A stretch of 64,000 nt of DNA from an uncultured Thermoleophilia bacterium (GTDB taxonomy: Bacteria; Actinomycetota; Thermoleophilia; UBA2241): positions 192,001 through 256,000 of the forward strand of contig CAVPCT010000009.1 of NCBI GenBank assembly GCA_963702475.1, read 5' to 3'. Positions 40,877 through 50,773 of this stretch are shown here, piece by piece. The notes under the pieces are model-generated. The model did no database searches and was not told the DNA's origin. It saw only the letters and a list, made by a program, of their open reading frames with translations. Both the position numbers and the translations under genes were made by a program. Numbering within the stretch: position 1 is the stretch's first letter; each line of letters begins with the position of its first letter.

Positions 40877-41440
40877 ATGGGCTTGGGCGATACGTGGCAC
40901 AAGGTGGCGGTGTACTTCGGTATCGCCGACGACGAGGACGACTACGACGAGGACGAGACGCTCGCCCCGCACGAGGAGCTCGAGCGCTCGTACCAGGAGC
41001 GTCCCAACGTCCGCAAGCTCGACAGCGCCGGCGGTCGCGGGCGCACCGACTACGACGACATCTTCGCCGACGAGCCGCGCCGCGGCAGCGGCGCGAGCGC
41101 GACTCGGGGCTCCTCCTCCGCTTCTCCGGTCGTGCGCGCCGTGCAGCCCGCGCGCCCGCCGCGTGTGGAGGTCCACCTCGTCATCCCCAAGAACTTCAAC
41201 GACGCGCAGCAGATCGCCGACAAGTTCAAGGTCGACGTGCCTGTCATCATCAACCTGCAAAGCTCCGACACCGAGCTGGCCAAGCGCCTCATCGACTTCT
41301 GCAGCGGGCTCACCTACGCCCTCGACGGCGGCATGCAGCGCGTGGGGGAGAAGATCTTCCTGCTCACGCCGCGCAACGTCGAGGTCTCGGCCGAGGAGCG
41401 TGCGCGCCTCATCGAGAAGGGCTTCTTCAATCAGTTCTGA
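40877..41440 (+). CDS. sepF: Cell division protein SepF
   Basis: PKNFNDAQQIAD...KRLIDFCSGLTYALDG...FLLTP. Confidence 0.95.
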   Translation: MGLGDTWHKVAVYFGIADDEDDYDEDETLAPHEELERSYQERPNVRKLDSAGGRGRTDYDDIFADEPRRGSGASATRGSSSASPVVRAVQPARPPRVEVHLVIPKNFNDAQQIADKFKVDVPVIINLQSSDTELAKRLIDFCSGLTYALDGGMQRVGEKIFLLTPRNVEVSAEERARLIEKGFFNQF

Positions 41441-41454
41441 GCGGACCTCCTGAG

Positions 41455-42240
41455 ATGATCGTCGGCTTCATCGGCGCCGGGCACATCGCTCACGCCCTCG
41501 CCGAAGGGTGGAGCCGTCCCAGCCTTGCAGATCCACCCCAGCTGCGCTTCTTCGACGTCGACGCCGGTCGCGCGGCCGAGCTCGCCGCCGCCTGCGGCGG
41601 CGCGGTGGCCACCGCGCCCGGCGCGCTCGTCCGCGCCTCCGATCTGGTGCTGGTGTGCGTGCGTCCTCAGCACGTGGCCGAAGTGCTTTTCGGCATCGGC
41701 CCCGCGCTCGGCGACACGCCGCTTGTCTCCGTAGCCGCCGGCGTGACCCTGGACAGGGTCCTGGCGGCGTTGCCCGACGAGAGCCGCGTCGCGCGCGTGA
41801 TGCCGAACGTGGCCGCGGCCGTGGGCCTGGGCACGTTCCTGCTCGTGCCCGGAACGCTGGGGAGCGCCCAGGAGTCCGTCGAGGGTCTCTTCGCGCTCGC
41901 CGGCGAGGTCGTCACGATCGACGAGCGCCACTTCGACGCGGCCACGTCGGTGGCCGGCTGCATGCCGGGCATGCTGGGCCGCCTCGTCGTGGCCGTCGAG
42001 GCCGCAGGCGTCGCGCACGGCCTGCAGCCGCAGGTCGCCCGGCGCCTGGCCGTCTCCGGAGTGCACGGCGCGGCCGCCGTCATCGCCCGTGAGGGCGACC
42101 CGGCGGCCGTCGTCACCGCGACGGCGACGCCCGGCGGCATGACGGCCGCCGCTATCGAGGCCCTGGAAGAGCGCGACCTCGCTGCGGCGGTGCACGCCGC
42201 GGTCGCCGCCGCCACGGCCCGCGCGAGGGAGCTCGCGTGA
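41455..42240 (+). CDS. proC: Pyrroline-5-carboxylate reductase
   Basis: GFIGAGHIA, VSVAAGV, RVMPN, TPGGMT. Confidence 0.9.
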   Translation: MIVGFIGAGHIAHALAEGWSRPSLADPPQLRFFDVDAGRAAELAAACGGAVATAPGALVRASDLVLVCVRPQHVAEVLFGIGPALGDTPLVSVAAGVTLDRVLAALPDESRVARVMPNVAAAVGLGTFLLVPGTLGSAQESVEGLFALAGEVVTIDERHFDAATSVAGCMPGMLGRLVVAVEAAGVAHGLQPQVARRLAVSGVHGAAAVIAREGDPAAVVTATATPGGMTAAAIEALEERDLAAAVHAAVAAATARARELA

Positions 42241-42314
42241 CCGCGTCGCTCACGGTCGCGCTCACCACGTCACATCACGACCGGCAGCGTGCCGGGGCTG
42301 GGGGGCCCGCATGA
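42237..42314 (+). other. 25-codon ORF coupled to both proC (GTGA) and divIVA (ATGA); possible yggT relic
   Basis: GTG ACC GCG...GCA TGA = MTASLTVALTTSHHDRQRAGAGGPA*, in the usual yggT/ylmG position. Confidence 0.35.
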
Positions 42315-43135
42315 AGCTCACACCGCTGGACATCCGTCACAAAGAGTTCAAGCGCGCGATGCGCGGCTACGCCGACGTCGAGGTAGACGAGTTCCTGGAC
42401 GAGGTGGCCGACGAGTTCGAGCGCATCTTCAAGGAGAACATCGACCTGCGCGACCGTCTCGAGGTGCTCGAGGACCAGGTCGCCGGCTACAAGCGCATCG
42501 AGGAGACGCTGCAGAAGACCCTGATCTCAGCGCAGGCCAGCGCCGACGAGCTCAAGCAGAACAGCACGCGCGAGGCTCAGCTTATCGTGCACGAGGCCGA
42601 ACTGCAGGCCCGGCAGCTGGTCAACGAGGCCTACACCGAGCGGCAGGGCATCGAGCAGGCCACGGCGCGCCTGCGGAGCGCCGAGCAGGATTTCCGCTTC
42701 AAGTTCCGCCAGCTGTTGCAGGGGTATCTGGCGCACATGGAGGGCGAGGCCCCGGTGACCGGCGAGGGCGACGCGGCGCAGACCGACTTCGAGCGCCGCG
42801 CCGAGGCCGTCAAGCAGGCCATCGAGCGGGATGAGGGCGAGGACGCGCCGCCGCCGGTCGAGACGCCCGTGGAGCCGGCGCCTGTGGCCGAAGAGCCGGC
42901 CGTCGCCGTCGACGACGCCCAGCCCGAACAGGTGGCTCCGGAGCGCGAACGCGATCTCGTGTTGCCCGGACCCGACGAGGTGACCGCCGGCGATATCGCC
43001 GAGTACATGCCGCCGCCGGCGTCGGCCGATCCGTCGCGCAAGATGCCTCCCGCGGAGCGCGTCACGCTGGGCGAGTCGGACGACCTGCTGGCCGACGTCG
43101 ACACTGGGGTGAACGAGAACGAGTTCAAGTGGTGA
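42311..43135 (+). CDS. divIVA: DivIVA-domain protein
   Basis: LTPLDIRHKEFKRAMRGYADVEVDEFLDEV, coiled coil, acidic tail. Confidence 0.93.
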   Translation: MKLTPLDIRHKEFKRAMRGYADVEVDEFLDEVADEFERIFKENIDLRDRLEVLEDQVAGYKRIEETLQKTLISAQASADELKQNSTREAQLIVHEAELQARQLVNEAYTERQGIEQATARLRSAEQDFRFKFRQLLQGYLAHMEGEAPVTGEGDAAQTDFERRAEAVKQAIERDEGEDAPPPVETPVEPAPVAEEPAVAVDDAQPEQVAPERERDLVLPGPDEVTAGDIAEYMPPPASADPSRKMPPAERVTLGESDDLLADVDTGVNENEFKW

Positions 43136-43166
43136 CCCCGGGCCGCTGCGGCGGTCCGCGGATGGA

Positions 43167-43424
43167 GTGCACGTCAGTGTATGGGTGTCGCCGGGGGCGC
43201 GGCGCAGCGAGGTCGCGGGCGTCGCGGACGGCTGCCTGAAGGTGCGGGTGGCAGCTGCGGCTCACGAGGGGAAAGCCAACGCAGAGCTGGTGCGCTTCCT
43301 GGCCGCCCGGCTGGAGGTGCCACGCAGGACCGTCTCGCTGGTCGCCGGGGCGAGCGCGCGCCGCAAGCTGGTGCGCGTGGACGGACTCACGGAGGACGAA
43401 GTGAGGCGGAGACTCCGCCTCTGA
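43167..43424 (+). CDS. DUF167/YggU-family protein
   Basis: VWVSPGARRSEV...LKVRVAAAAHEGKANAEL...GASARRK. Confidence 0.9.
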   Translation: MHVSVWVSPGARRSEVAGVADGCLKVRVAAAAHEGKANAELVRFLAARLEVPRRTVSLVAGASARRKLVRVDGLTEDEVRRRLRL

Positions 43425-43439
43425 ACGAGGGAGAGCCGC

Positions 43440-43604
43440 ATGGCCAAGCTCGCGTACTGCAAGACGTGCAGAGCCACGTACCCGCTCAACATCGTGTCAG
43501 GCGACGGAACGCGGTCGGGTAAGACCAGGGAGCCGGCGTGCCCCATGGGTCACGCCGACGTCGAGGAGCTGGACACGCCGCGCAGGCCACGTGCCAAGAA
43601 GTAG
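43440..43604 (+). CDS. Small putative Zn-ribbon protein (54 aa; not in the ORF track)
   Basis: GAGGGAG RBS; MAKLAYCKTCRATYPLNIVSGDGTRSGKTREPACPMGHADVEELDTPRRPRAKK*; C-x2-C-x23-C-x3-H. Confidence 0.7.
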   Translation: MAKLAYCKTCRATYPLNIVSGDGTRSGKTREPACPMGHADVEELDTPRRPRAKK

Positions 43605-44040
43605 CCGCAGGCTCGGCCTGGCCTTCGCCGTCGCCGCGACGGTCGTCGCGGCCGACCAGGCCGTGAAATGGGTGGTGCGCGCCAACGCCGACCGGCTTCC
43701 ATGGCGTCTGTTCTCGGATGTCCGCATCGAGCTGAACTACAACTCGGGCATCTCGTTCGGGCGGCTGGCCGGCGCGGGCTGGATCGTCACGGCGCTGGTC
43801 AGCGCCGTCGCCGCCGGCGTCACCGTGGCGCTGTTCCTCGCCCCGCCGCGCTACCGCCTCGCCCTGGGCGTGATACTCGGCGGGGCCATCGGCAATCTCA
43901 TCGACCGCTTCCGCTTCGGTGGGGCGGTCGTCGACTACCTCGCCGTGTGGGGATGGCCGCCGTTCAACCTGGCCGACGCGGCGATCTTCATCGGGACGGC
44001 GATCCTTGTGATCCAGGTGTTCCGTGCCTTCAGGGACTGA
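43591..44040 (+). CDS. lspA: Lipoprotein signal peptidase
   Basis: DQAVKW, NSGISFG, GGAIGNLIDR, VVDY, WPPFNLADAAI. Confidence 0.93.
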   Translation: MPRSSRRLGLAFAVAATVVAADQAVKWVVRANADRLPWRLFSDVRIELNYNSGISFGRLAGAGWIVTALVSAVAAGVTVALFLAPPRYRLALGVILGGAIGNLIDRFRFGGAVVDYLAVWGWPPFNLADAAIFIGTAILVIQVFRAFRD

Positions 44041-44998
44041 GGGACCGGACGTTCCCCGCCAGGTCGGCCCGAGAGGACCGCGCCGGCGGGACGGGCGGTT
44101 CACGGTGCGCGACGCCGAGGCAGGCACGCGTCTGGACGTCGTCCTCGCGGCGCGCGCCGGGCTCTCCCGTTCGGCCGCGCAGAGGCTCATTGACGAGGGC
44201 CGCGTGAGCGTCGCCGCCGGACCCGTGCGCAAGCGCCACACTGTCCACGCGGGCGACGAGGTGGTCTGGGAGCTCGGCCCGGAGCCCGAGATCCTGGTTG
44301 CGGAGCCCGTGTCGTACGATCTCGTGTACGAGGATGACTGGCTGCTGGTCGTGGACAAGCCGGCCGGCGTGGTGGTGCACCCCGCGCCCGGACACGAGCA
44401 CGGCACGCTCGCCCAGGGGCTGGTGGAGCGCGGGGCGCGCGGCGGGCACGAGGCGCGCCCCGGGATCGTCCACCGGCTGGACAAGGACACGTCCGGCCTG
44501 CTCATCGTGGCGCGCCGCGACGACGCGTACGCGGCGCTCGTCGCTTCCATGGAGCGCCGCGACATCCATCGCGTCTACGCGGCGCTGCTCCGCGGCGACC
44601 TGCGGCAGGACGAGGGCACGATCGACGCGCCGATCGGCCGGCACGTGCGCGACCGCACGCGCATGTCATTGCACACCACCGCCGGCAAGCGCGCCGTCAC
44701 GCACTTCCGTGTGCTGGGCCGGGCCGGGGGGTTCACGCTCGCGCGCGTACAGCTCGAGACCGGCCGCACACACCAGATCCGCGTGCACTTCGCGGCGCTC
44801 GGCCATCCGGTTGCCGGAGACGTGCAGTACGGCGGGCCGGCGCGCCCCGAGGGGCTCGAGCGCCAGTTCCTGCACGCCGCCCGCCTGGCGCTGCCGCACC
44901 CGGCCGACGGGCGGCACCTGAGCTTCGCCAGCGCGCTGCCGCCCGAGCTCTCTGCGTTCCTCGCCGGTCTTGGGCTGCCGCCGCAGCCGGAGCTCTGA
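44024..44998 (+). CDS. rluD: RluA/RluD-family pseudouridine synthase
   Basis: S4 domain (RLDVVL...SRSAAQRLI), VDKPAGVVVHP, HRLDKDTSG, TGRTHQIRVH. Confidence 0.9.
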   Translation: MPSGTEGPDVPRQVGPRGPRRRDGRFTVRDAEAGTRLDVVLAARAGLSRSAAQRLIDEGRVSVAAGPVRKRHTVHAGDEVVWELGPEPEILVAEPVSYDLVYEDDWLLVVDKPAGVVVHPAPGHEHGTLAQGLVERGARGGHEARPGIVHRLDKDTSGLLIVARRDDAYAALVASMERRDIHRVYAALLRGDLRQDEGTIDAPIGRHVRDRTRMSLHTTAGKRAVTHFRVLGRAGGFTLARVQLETGRTHQIRVHFAALGHPVAGDVQYGGPARPEGLERQFLHAARLALPHPADGRHLSFASALPPELSAFLAGLGLPPQPEL

Positions 44999-45033
44999 GG
45001 AACCCGCCGTAACGAGGCGACCCATTCCAGTTC

Positions 45034-45083
45034 TTGACAGCGCCGCGGCTTGCCGAATACCGTCCATATTCACGGCGTATACA
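45034..45083 (+). promoter_or_regulatory. Promoter plus 11-bp-phased operator repeats
   Basis: TTGACA-N18-TACCGT; ATATTCA and GTATACA spaced 11 bp apart. Confidence 0.55.
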
Positions 45084-45136
45084 CACCGCTCCGCCTGACC
45101 ACTGTCCAGTCGCCGTCCTCCCGCCAGGAGAGAGCA

Positions 45137-46522
45137 GTGCCCGATCGAGTCTCGAGTGACGTGAGTCTGCGGCGCATGCTGTGGGCTCGAAGCGTGGCAG
45201 TGGTCGGCGCGTCCGCCGACCCCGGCAAGTTCGGCAACGTGCTCTTGAAGTCGCTCATCACGGGCGGGTTCGCCGGCGAGATCTACCCTGTGAACCCGCG
45301 GGCGGACGTGATCCATGGGCTGCAGTGCTATCCCCGTGTGGCGGACATCCCCTGCGACATCGATCTCGCCGTGATCATCGTGCCCGCGGCGGCCGTGCTG
45401 GACGTCGTCGAGCAGGCCAGCGAGAAAGGCGCCGCCGGCGTGTTCGTGCTCAGCGGCGGCTTCAAGGAGTCCGGCAAGCCCGAGCTCGAGGAGGCCTTGA
45501 TCGCCGCCGTTCGCGACAGGGGCATGCGCATGTTCGGACCGAACACGCAGGGAATAGCCTACGCCCCCAATCGCCTGTCGGCGGTCTTCTGGCCGGTCGT
45601 CGGCCTCCCTGGGCCGGTCGGCGTCGTCGGTCAGAGCGGTACGGTCGTCGCCGCCATCACGGACTGGGCCCTCGGCGAGGGGCTCGGCGTCAGCTGTTCC
45701 GTGAGCCTGGGCAACCAGGCCGACATCTGCGAGGCCGACGTGCTGCGGTTTCTGCAAGAGGACGAGCTGACGCGCTCCGTCGCGCTGTATCTCGAGGGAG
45801 TGAGCGATGGAACGCGCTTCGTGGAGGCACTGAGGGAAGTCGCGTGTTCACTGCCGACGGTGGTCCTGAAGTGCGGACACTCTCCGCGGGGCCGCGAGGC
45901 GGTCGCGTCGCACACGGGCTCGCTCGCCGGCGCCGACGAGGTGTTCGCCGGCCTGTGCCGCCAGTTCGGTGTCGTGCGAGCACGCGACACCGAGGAGCTC
46001 TACGACTACGCCAAGGTGCTCGCCACCATGAAGCCGCCAGACGGGCGCCGCGTCCTCGTGATGTCGTCGTCGGGCGGAAGCTGCGCCCTGGCTGCCGACG
46101 CCGCGTTCGATGCCGGCCTGGAGCTTCCGGAGCCGGCTCCCGAGGTGGTCGACGCGCTGAGGCGACTGGACCTGCCGGAGTGGGGCTCCTTCGCGAATCC
46201 GCTCGACCTCGGCGGCGTGTCTCTGGAGGCCTTTCGTGCCGCCGTCGAACTGATCGATGCGAGTGGCATGGCCGACGTCATCCTCCTCGTCTACGGCGAC
46301 CCCATCGAGGGCGCAGACGAGCTCGCCCTCGATCTCGCCCGCACCACGAAGGCGAGTATCTGCGCCGCCATCTTCGGCGGTGCGGCTGTGGAGAAGGAAC
46401 AGCGCTGGACGATGCAGCAAGGCGGCATCCCCGTATACCCGACGCCCGAACGTGCCGTCAAGGCCATCGCCGCGAGCTGCTGGTATCACGAACGGCGCAG
46501 GAGTCTGGAGGCGCGGCCGTGA
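45137..46522 (+). CDS. Acyl-CoA synthetase (ADP-forming) alpha subunit
   Basis: SVAVVGAS, GPN, QSG, SLGNQAD, YLEG, SHTGSLAG (phospho-His), NPLDL. Confidence 0.92.
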   Translation: MPDRVSSDVSLRRMLWARSVAVVGASADPGKFGNVLLKSLITGGFAGEIYPVNPRADVIHGLQCYPRVADIPCDIDLAVIIVPAAAVLDVVEQASEKGAAGVFVLSGGFKESGKPELEEALIAAVRDRGMRMFGPNTQGIAYAPNRLSAVFWPVVGLPGPVGVVGQSGTVVAAITDWALGEGLGVSCSVSLGNQADICEADVLRFLQEDELTRSVALYLEGVSDGTRFVEALREVACSLPTVVLKCGHSPRGREAVASHTGSLAGADEVFAGLCRQFGVVRARDTEELYDYAKVLATMKPPDGRRVLVMSSSGGSCALAADAAFDAGLELPEPAPEVVDALRRLDLPEWGSFANPLDLGGVSLEAFRAAVELIDASGMADVILLVYGDPIEGADELALDLARTTKASICAAIFGGAAVEKEQRWTMQQGGIPVYPTPERAVKAIAASCWYHERRRSLEARP

Positions 46523-47202
46523 ACGCCTTCACCGATGGGCCTCGGCGACTCATGCTCGAGCCGGACGCGGCGGCGCTCCTGACGGAGTACGAGATCGACT
46601 ACATCCGGCACGAGGTGGTCACGACACCCGAGGAGGCAGGGAGGGCTGCTGCCCGCATCGGCTTCCCCGTGGTCCTGAAGGTCGTCTCCCGCGACGTCGT
46701 GCACAAGAGCGACGTCGGCGGCGTCGTGCTGGATGTGGCGGACGAGATGGACGCTCGCGCACGGTTCGAGGAGCTGACCTCCCGGGTGAAGGCGTCAGTC
46801 CCCGGTGCGCTTGTCGACGGAGTGCTGGTCTGTCGTCAGGTCGCCGGCCCACGCGTGGAGCTCATCGTCGGGGGGCTCCGAGATGCCACGTTCGGCCCCA
46901 CGGTCATGCTCGGCGCCGGCGGTGTGTTCGCGGAGATGCTCGGCGATGTCGCGTTCCGCCTGGCGCCACTGTGCACGGACGACTGCCTTGACATGCTGCG
47001 GGAGCTGCGCGTGAGCCGGACGCTCACGGGATACCGCGACCTGCCGCCGCTGGACGTGGCCGCCGTGGCGCGGGTCGTCTCGGCGCTCGGCGATCTCCTG
47101 GTAGAGCATCCGGAGGTCGCCGAGGTGGACCTCAACCCAGTCCTCGTGCTGCCTGAGGGGTGTAAGGTCGTCGACGCGCGGATCATCACAGCAGCACGAT
47201 GA
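46519..47202 (+). CDS. Acyl-CoA synthetase (ADP-forming) beta / ATP-grasp subunit
   Basis: GFPVVLKVVS, HKSDVGGV, ELIVG, FGPTVMLGAGG, EVDLNP, VDARI. Confidence 0.92.
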   Translation: MNAFTDGPRRLMLEPDAAALLTEYEIDYIRHEVVTTPEEAGRAAARIGFPVVLKVVSRDVVHKSDVGGVVLDVADEMDARARFEELTSRVKASVPGALVDGVLVCRQVAGPRVELIVGGLRDATFGPTVMLGAGGVFAEMLGDVAFRLAPLCTDDCLDMLRELRVSRTLTGYRDLPPLDVAAVARVVSALGDLLVEHPEVAEVDLNPVLVLPEGCKVVDARIITAAR

Positions 47203-47215
47203 ACAGGGAGACCTC

Positions 47216-47881
47216 ATGACCACGACGCGTTCCCCCCGACTGGCACCTCAGAGGGGTCGCGCCAGCGATCGCGTCCTCAGCGAACTGCGTCGCATGATCC
47301 TCACCCAGGAACTGCCTCCGGGCGCGGTGATCACCGAGGCCAGTCTCGTGAGCGTGCTCAAGTGCTCACGCACGCCGTTGCGGGAGGCACTCCAGCGCCT
47401 CAGTCACGAGCATCTCGTGGTCGCGGTGCCGGGGAGGGGCGTGTCGATCTCGGACCTGAGCATCCCGCAGTTCGGGGTCGTGCTGGAGGCGGAGGCAAGC
47501 GTCGAATCCTCCCTCGCGCGGCTCGCGGCCGAGCGCATCGACGACGCGTGCCTCTCGGCAGCGCAAGTACTGCTCGATCGCGCAACGGCGGCCGCGGAGG
47601 CTGGTGACGTTCCCGGGGTCGTGGACTGCGACTACCTCTTCCACACCACCTGGGGCGCAGCCGCGGGCAATCACCTGCTGCTGGAGTTCCAATCGATGCT
47701 GCTGCGGCTCCTCGCCCGCTACGTGTACCTCGGCTTCAATCACCCGGGCAACCCCGAAGGCGCTCTCAGCGACCACCGCAGGATCCTCGCGGCGCTTGAA
47801 CGGCACGACCCTGATGCCGCTGAGATCGCCACAAGGGAGCACATCGCGAACGGACGGGAGCGGATGCGCAGGGCGCTCTGA
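47216..47881 (+). CDS. GntR-family regulator (FCD domain)
   Basis: LPPGAVITE...SRTPLREALQRL; DYLFH, GNHLL, DHRRI, EHI. Confidence 0.92.
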   Translation: MTTTRSPRLAPQRGRASDRVLSELRRMILTQELPPGAVITEASLVSVLKCSRTPLREALQRLSHEHLVVAVPGRGVSISDLSIPQFGVVLEAEASVESSLARLAAERIDDACLSAAQVLLDRATAAAEAGDVPGVVDCDYLFHTTWGAAAGNHLLLEFQSMLLRLLARYVYLGFNHPGNPEGALSDHRRILAALERHDPDAAEIATREHIANGRERMRRAL

Positions 47882-47906
47882 CTCCCGTGATCCGAGTCAT
47901 TCTACC

Positions 47907-47971
47907 TTGACCGTCCTTTGCCCCACGCCTAGTATGCCGACAATATACAGGGCGTATCGAATCCGTATCTT
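47907..47971 (+). promoter_or_regulatory. Promoter plus four 11-bp-phased TAT repeats
   Basis: TTGACC-N17-TAGTAT; TAT at 47933, 47944, 47955 and 47966. Confidence 0.6.
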
Positions 47972-48061
47972 GAGGGCGCGACACGCCCTGTCGCGCCAAA
48001 TCACTCCGTAGTGTGCTGGTTGCTGTCCGACACGTCGTCAAGACACGCAAGGGGGAAGCGC

Positions 48062-49699
48062 ATGAAGTCAGAGCGTGACAACGAAGGCATCGAAAGGCGC
48101 GGTCTCACGCGCAGGCAGCTGCTGCAGGCCGGTGCCGTGGCGGGCGTCGGCGGCACCATCCTGGGGAGCGCGTTCCTGGGCGCCGGGTGCGGGAGCAGCG
48201 AGGAGGGCGGGGGGTCGTCGGCGTCGCCGTCGTCCTCGGCGGCCGCCGGCAGCGTCGCGCCGGGCGGCACCTTCACGCTGGCCACCGATCAGCTGTTCCC
48301 CAAGGACAGCCTCGACACCCTGACCAACATCACCGACGGCGTGGACGCCCTTGAGGGGATGATCCGCGAAGGCCTCATCACCTACGACTTCAGCTTCACA
48401 CCCCAGCCTCGGCTGGCGGAGACATGGGACGTCAATGCGGACGCCACCGAGTACACCTTCCACCTGCGCCAGGGCGTCACCTGGCACGACGGAACGCCGT
48501 TCACGGCGAAGGACGTCGAGTTCTCTCTGCAGCGGATCCTGGACCCGGACAACGGTTCGGGCATGAACGACCGCCTGCTGTCCAGCTTCGGACCCGACGA
48601 CATCCAGGTCGTCGACGACGCCACGGTGACGCTCAAGCTCAAGCGCCCGGACTCGCTGCTGCTGCTCGCGCTCTCCAACCAGCAGTGCTATCTGACCAAG
48701 GCCGACGACGCCGACTTCGAGGCCGGCATCGGCACCGGTCCGTTCGTGCTCAAGTCCTGGGACCCCGGACGCAGCTACGAGGTGCAGAAGAACGCCGACT
48801 ACTGGATGCCCGACAGGCCATACCTGGACGTCGTCCGCGGCGTGAGCGTCGCGGAGCCGTCCACGAAGCTGCAGGGCGTGGCGACGGGCCAGTCCGACGT
48901 GACGCAGATCGCCTTCGACCAGCTGCCCGTGGTCCAGGCCAATCCCAAGCTGGTGATCAATCCGTACGAGAAGGGCATCATGTACTGCGCAGTGATGCTC
49001 ACGACGGCGGACCCGTGGACCGACGGACGCGTGCGCGAGGCCATCAAGCGTTCCCTCGATCGCGAGAAGGTCATGCAGGTCGCCTACGCCGGCCAGGCGT
49101 TCGCCTCGCCGGACTCGTGCGTGGCCATGGGCGACCCGTTCATGGACGACGCCCTCATCGCGCGCACGCAGATGGACCGCGACAAGGCCGTGCAGCTCAT
49201 GACCGAGGCCGGGTACCCGGACGGCATCGACCTCGAGCTCAAGTATCCGGGCGACCCGCTGCACGCCAACTTCGGCCTCGCAGTGGCCGAGGGCCTCAAG
49301 GGATCGCCGTTCCGCGTGACGCCCAAGGCAGTGCCGGCGGACACCTACTGGGACACGGTGTGGATGAAGGACCCGTTCTGCGTGGACGACTGGAACCGCC
49401 GTCATCCCGTCGAGACGATGACCCTACAGGTCAAGAGCAACGCCCCGTGGAACGAATCGCAGTGGAAGAGCCCGGAGATGGACGCCCTGCTCGAGAAGGC
49501 CTACGCGTCGCAGGGGGCTGAGCTCGAGGCCGTCACCACCGAGGCCTGTCTGTGGCAGTCCGACGGTGGCGGCGACGGCGGCAGCGGTGAACTGATCCCC
49601 GCCTACCTCAACCGTCTGTGGGTCTGCCGGACCGACACCGTGGTCGTACCGTGGACCTTCTCCATGCTCGACTTCCGCGAGTGTGGGTTCACTGCGTGA
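48062..49699 (+). CDS. Peptide/nickel-family (SBP family 5) substrate-binding Tat lipoprotein
   Basis: TRRQLL Tat motif and LGAGC lipobox; PRLAETW, LRQGVTWHDGTPFTAKDV, GTGPF. Confidence 0.92.
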   Translation: MKSERDNEGIERRGLTRRQLLQAGAVAGVGGTILGSAFLGAGCGSSEEGGGSSASPSSSAAAGSVAPGGTFTLATDQLFPKDSLDTLTNITDGVDALEGMIREGLITYDFSFTPQPRLAETWDVNADATEYTFHLRQGVTWHDGTPFTAKDVEFSLQRILDPDNGSGMNDRLLSSFGPDDIQVVDDATVTLKLKRPDSLLLLALSNQQCYLTKADDADFEAGIGTGPFVLKSWDPGRSYEVQKNADYWMPDRPYLDVVRGVSVAEPSTKLQGVATGQSDVTQIAFDQLPVVQANPKLVINPYEKGIMYCAVMLTTADPWTDGRVREAIKRSLDREKVMQVAYAGQAFASPDSCVAMGDPFMDDALIARTQMDRDKAVQLMTEAGYPDGIDLELKYPGDPLHANFGLAVAEGLKGSPFRVTPKAVPADTYWDTVWMKDPFCVDDWNRRHPVETMTLQVKSNAPWNESQWKSPEMDALLEKAYASQGAELEAVTTEACLWQSDGGGDGGSGELIPAYLNRLWVCRTDTVVVPWTFSMLDFRECGFTA

Positions 49700-50772
49700 C
49701 CGATCGGAGCGACCCAGCGTTCAAGATCGCGCCGGACCCTCTGCTTGCCGAGACTCAGCTCGGTCCGGAGTACGACGACGAAGGCCTGGCCGCCCCTCCC
49801 CCGAAGTGGGGAGGGGCGGCCTCGGGTGTCGTGCTCTTCTTGCGCGAGCGCATCCTCCCGATGATCCTCACGCTCTTCCTCATCTCGATCATCGTCTTCC
49901 TTTCCACGCATGTCCTCGGCATCGACGTGGCCATGCGCGTCCTCGGACGGCAGGCCACGCCGGAACAGCTGGCGGAGTTCAACCGCGCGCATGGCCTGGA
50001 CAAGCCCGTGCTCACGCAGTACACGTCCTGGCTGTGGGGTTTCGTGCGCGGCGACCTCGGCGTGTCCGCGCTGAACAACCGTCCGGTGGCAGACACGGTG
50101 CTGCCGCGCGCCGCCTACACCCTCATCCTGGCCCTGGCTTCCATCCTCGTAGCGCTGCCGTGCTCCATCCTGTTCGGCGTGTACCTTGCGCGGCCGGGAC
50201 GGCGCACGCGCGAGCTGGGGCTCTCGATCTTCAACGTGTCGCTCGCAGCCTTTCCGGTGTTCGTGATCGGCATCCTGCTCATCTACCTGTTCGGGGTCAC
50301 GCTCGGTTGGGCGCCGGTGGACAGCACCGGCATCGAGTTCGGCACGACGTCCGAGAAGATCGCCGCCTTCATCCTGCCGACTGCCACGTTGGCCATCACA
50401 CTCCTGCCGCACATCGCGCGGCTCACGCAGGTGTCCGTGCGTGAGACCATGACGACTCCCTACGCGCGCGCCGCCGTGCTGCGCGGCCTCTCGCGGCGCA
50501 CCATCACCTGGCGCCACCTCATGCCGAACGCGTCGGGTCCCATCATCAACGTCGTCGCCCTGGACCTCATCTGGCTGGTCGGCGGCGTCATCATCGTGGA
50601 GAACGTGTTCGGGTTCCCCGGCCTGGGCAGCCTGCTGGTGCAGTCCATCGCCGGCGGCGACCTCATCATGGTGCAGGCGGTGGCCATCCTGACCGGCGCG
50701 ATGTTCATCTGCATCGGCGTGGCCGCCGACCTGCTGGTCCTCCTGTTCAACCCGCGGCTGAGGAAGGGCTGA
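49696..50772 (+). CDS. ABC permease (DppB-like)
   Basis: GLDKPVLTQY, GDLGVS, YARAAVLRGL, VENVFGFPGLG, NPRL. Confidence 0.92.
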   Translation: MTDRSDPAFKIAPDPLLAETQLGPEYDDEGLAAPPPKWGGAASGVVLFLRERILPMILTLFLISIIVFLSTHVLGIDVAMRVLGRQATPEQLAEFNRAHGLDKPVLTQYTSWLWGFVRGDLGVSALNNRPVADTVLPRAAYTLILALASILVALPCSILFGVYLARPGRRTRELGLSIFNVSLAAFPVFVIGILLIYLFGVTLGWAPVDSTGIEFGTTSEKIAAFILPTATLAITLLPHIARLTQVSVRETMTTPYARAAVLRGLSRRTITWRHLMPNASGPIINVVALDLIWLVGGVIIVENVFGFPGLGSLLVQSIAGGDLIMVQAVAILTGAMFICIGVAADLLVLLFNPRLRKG

Positions 50773-50773
50773 C

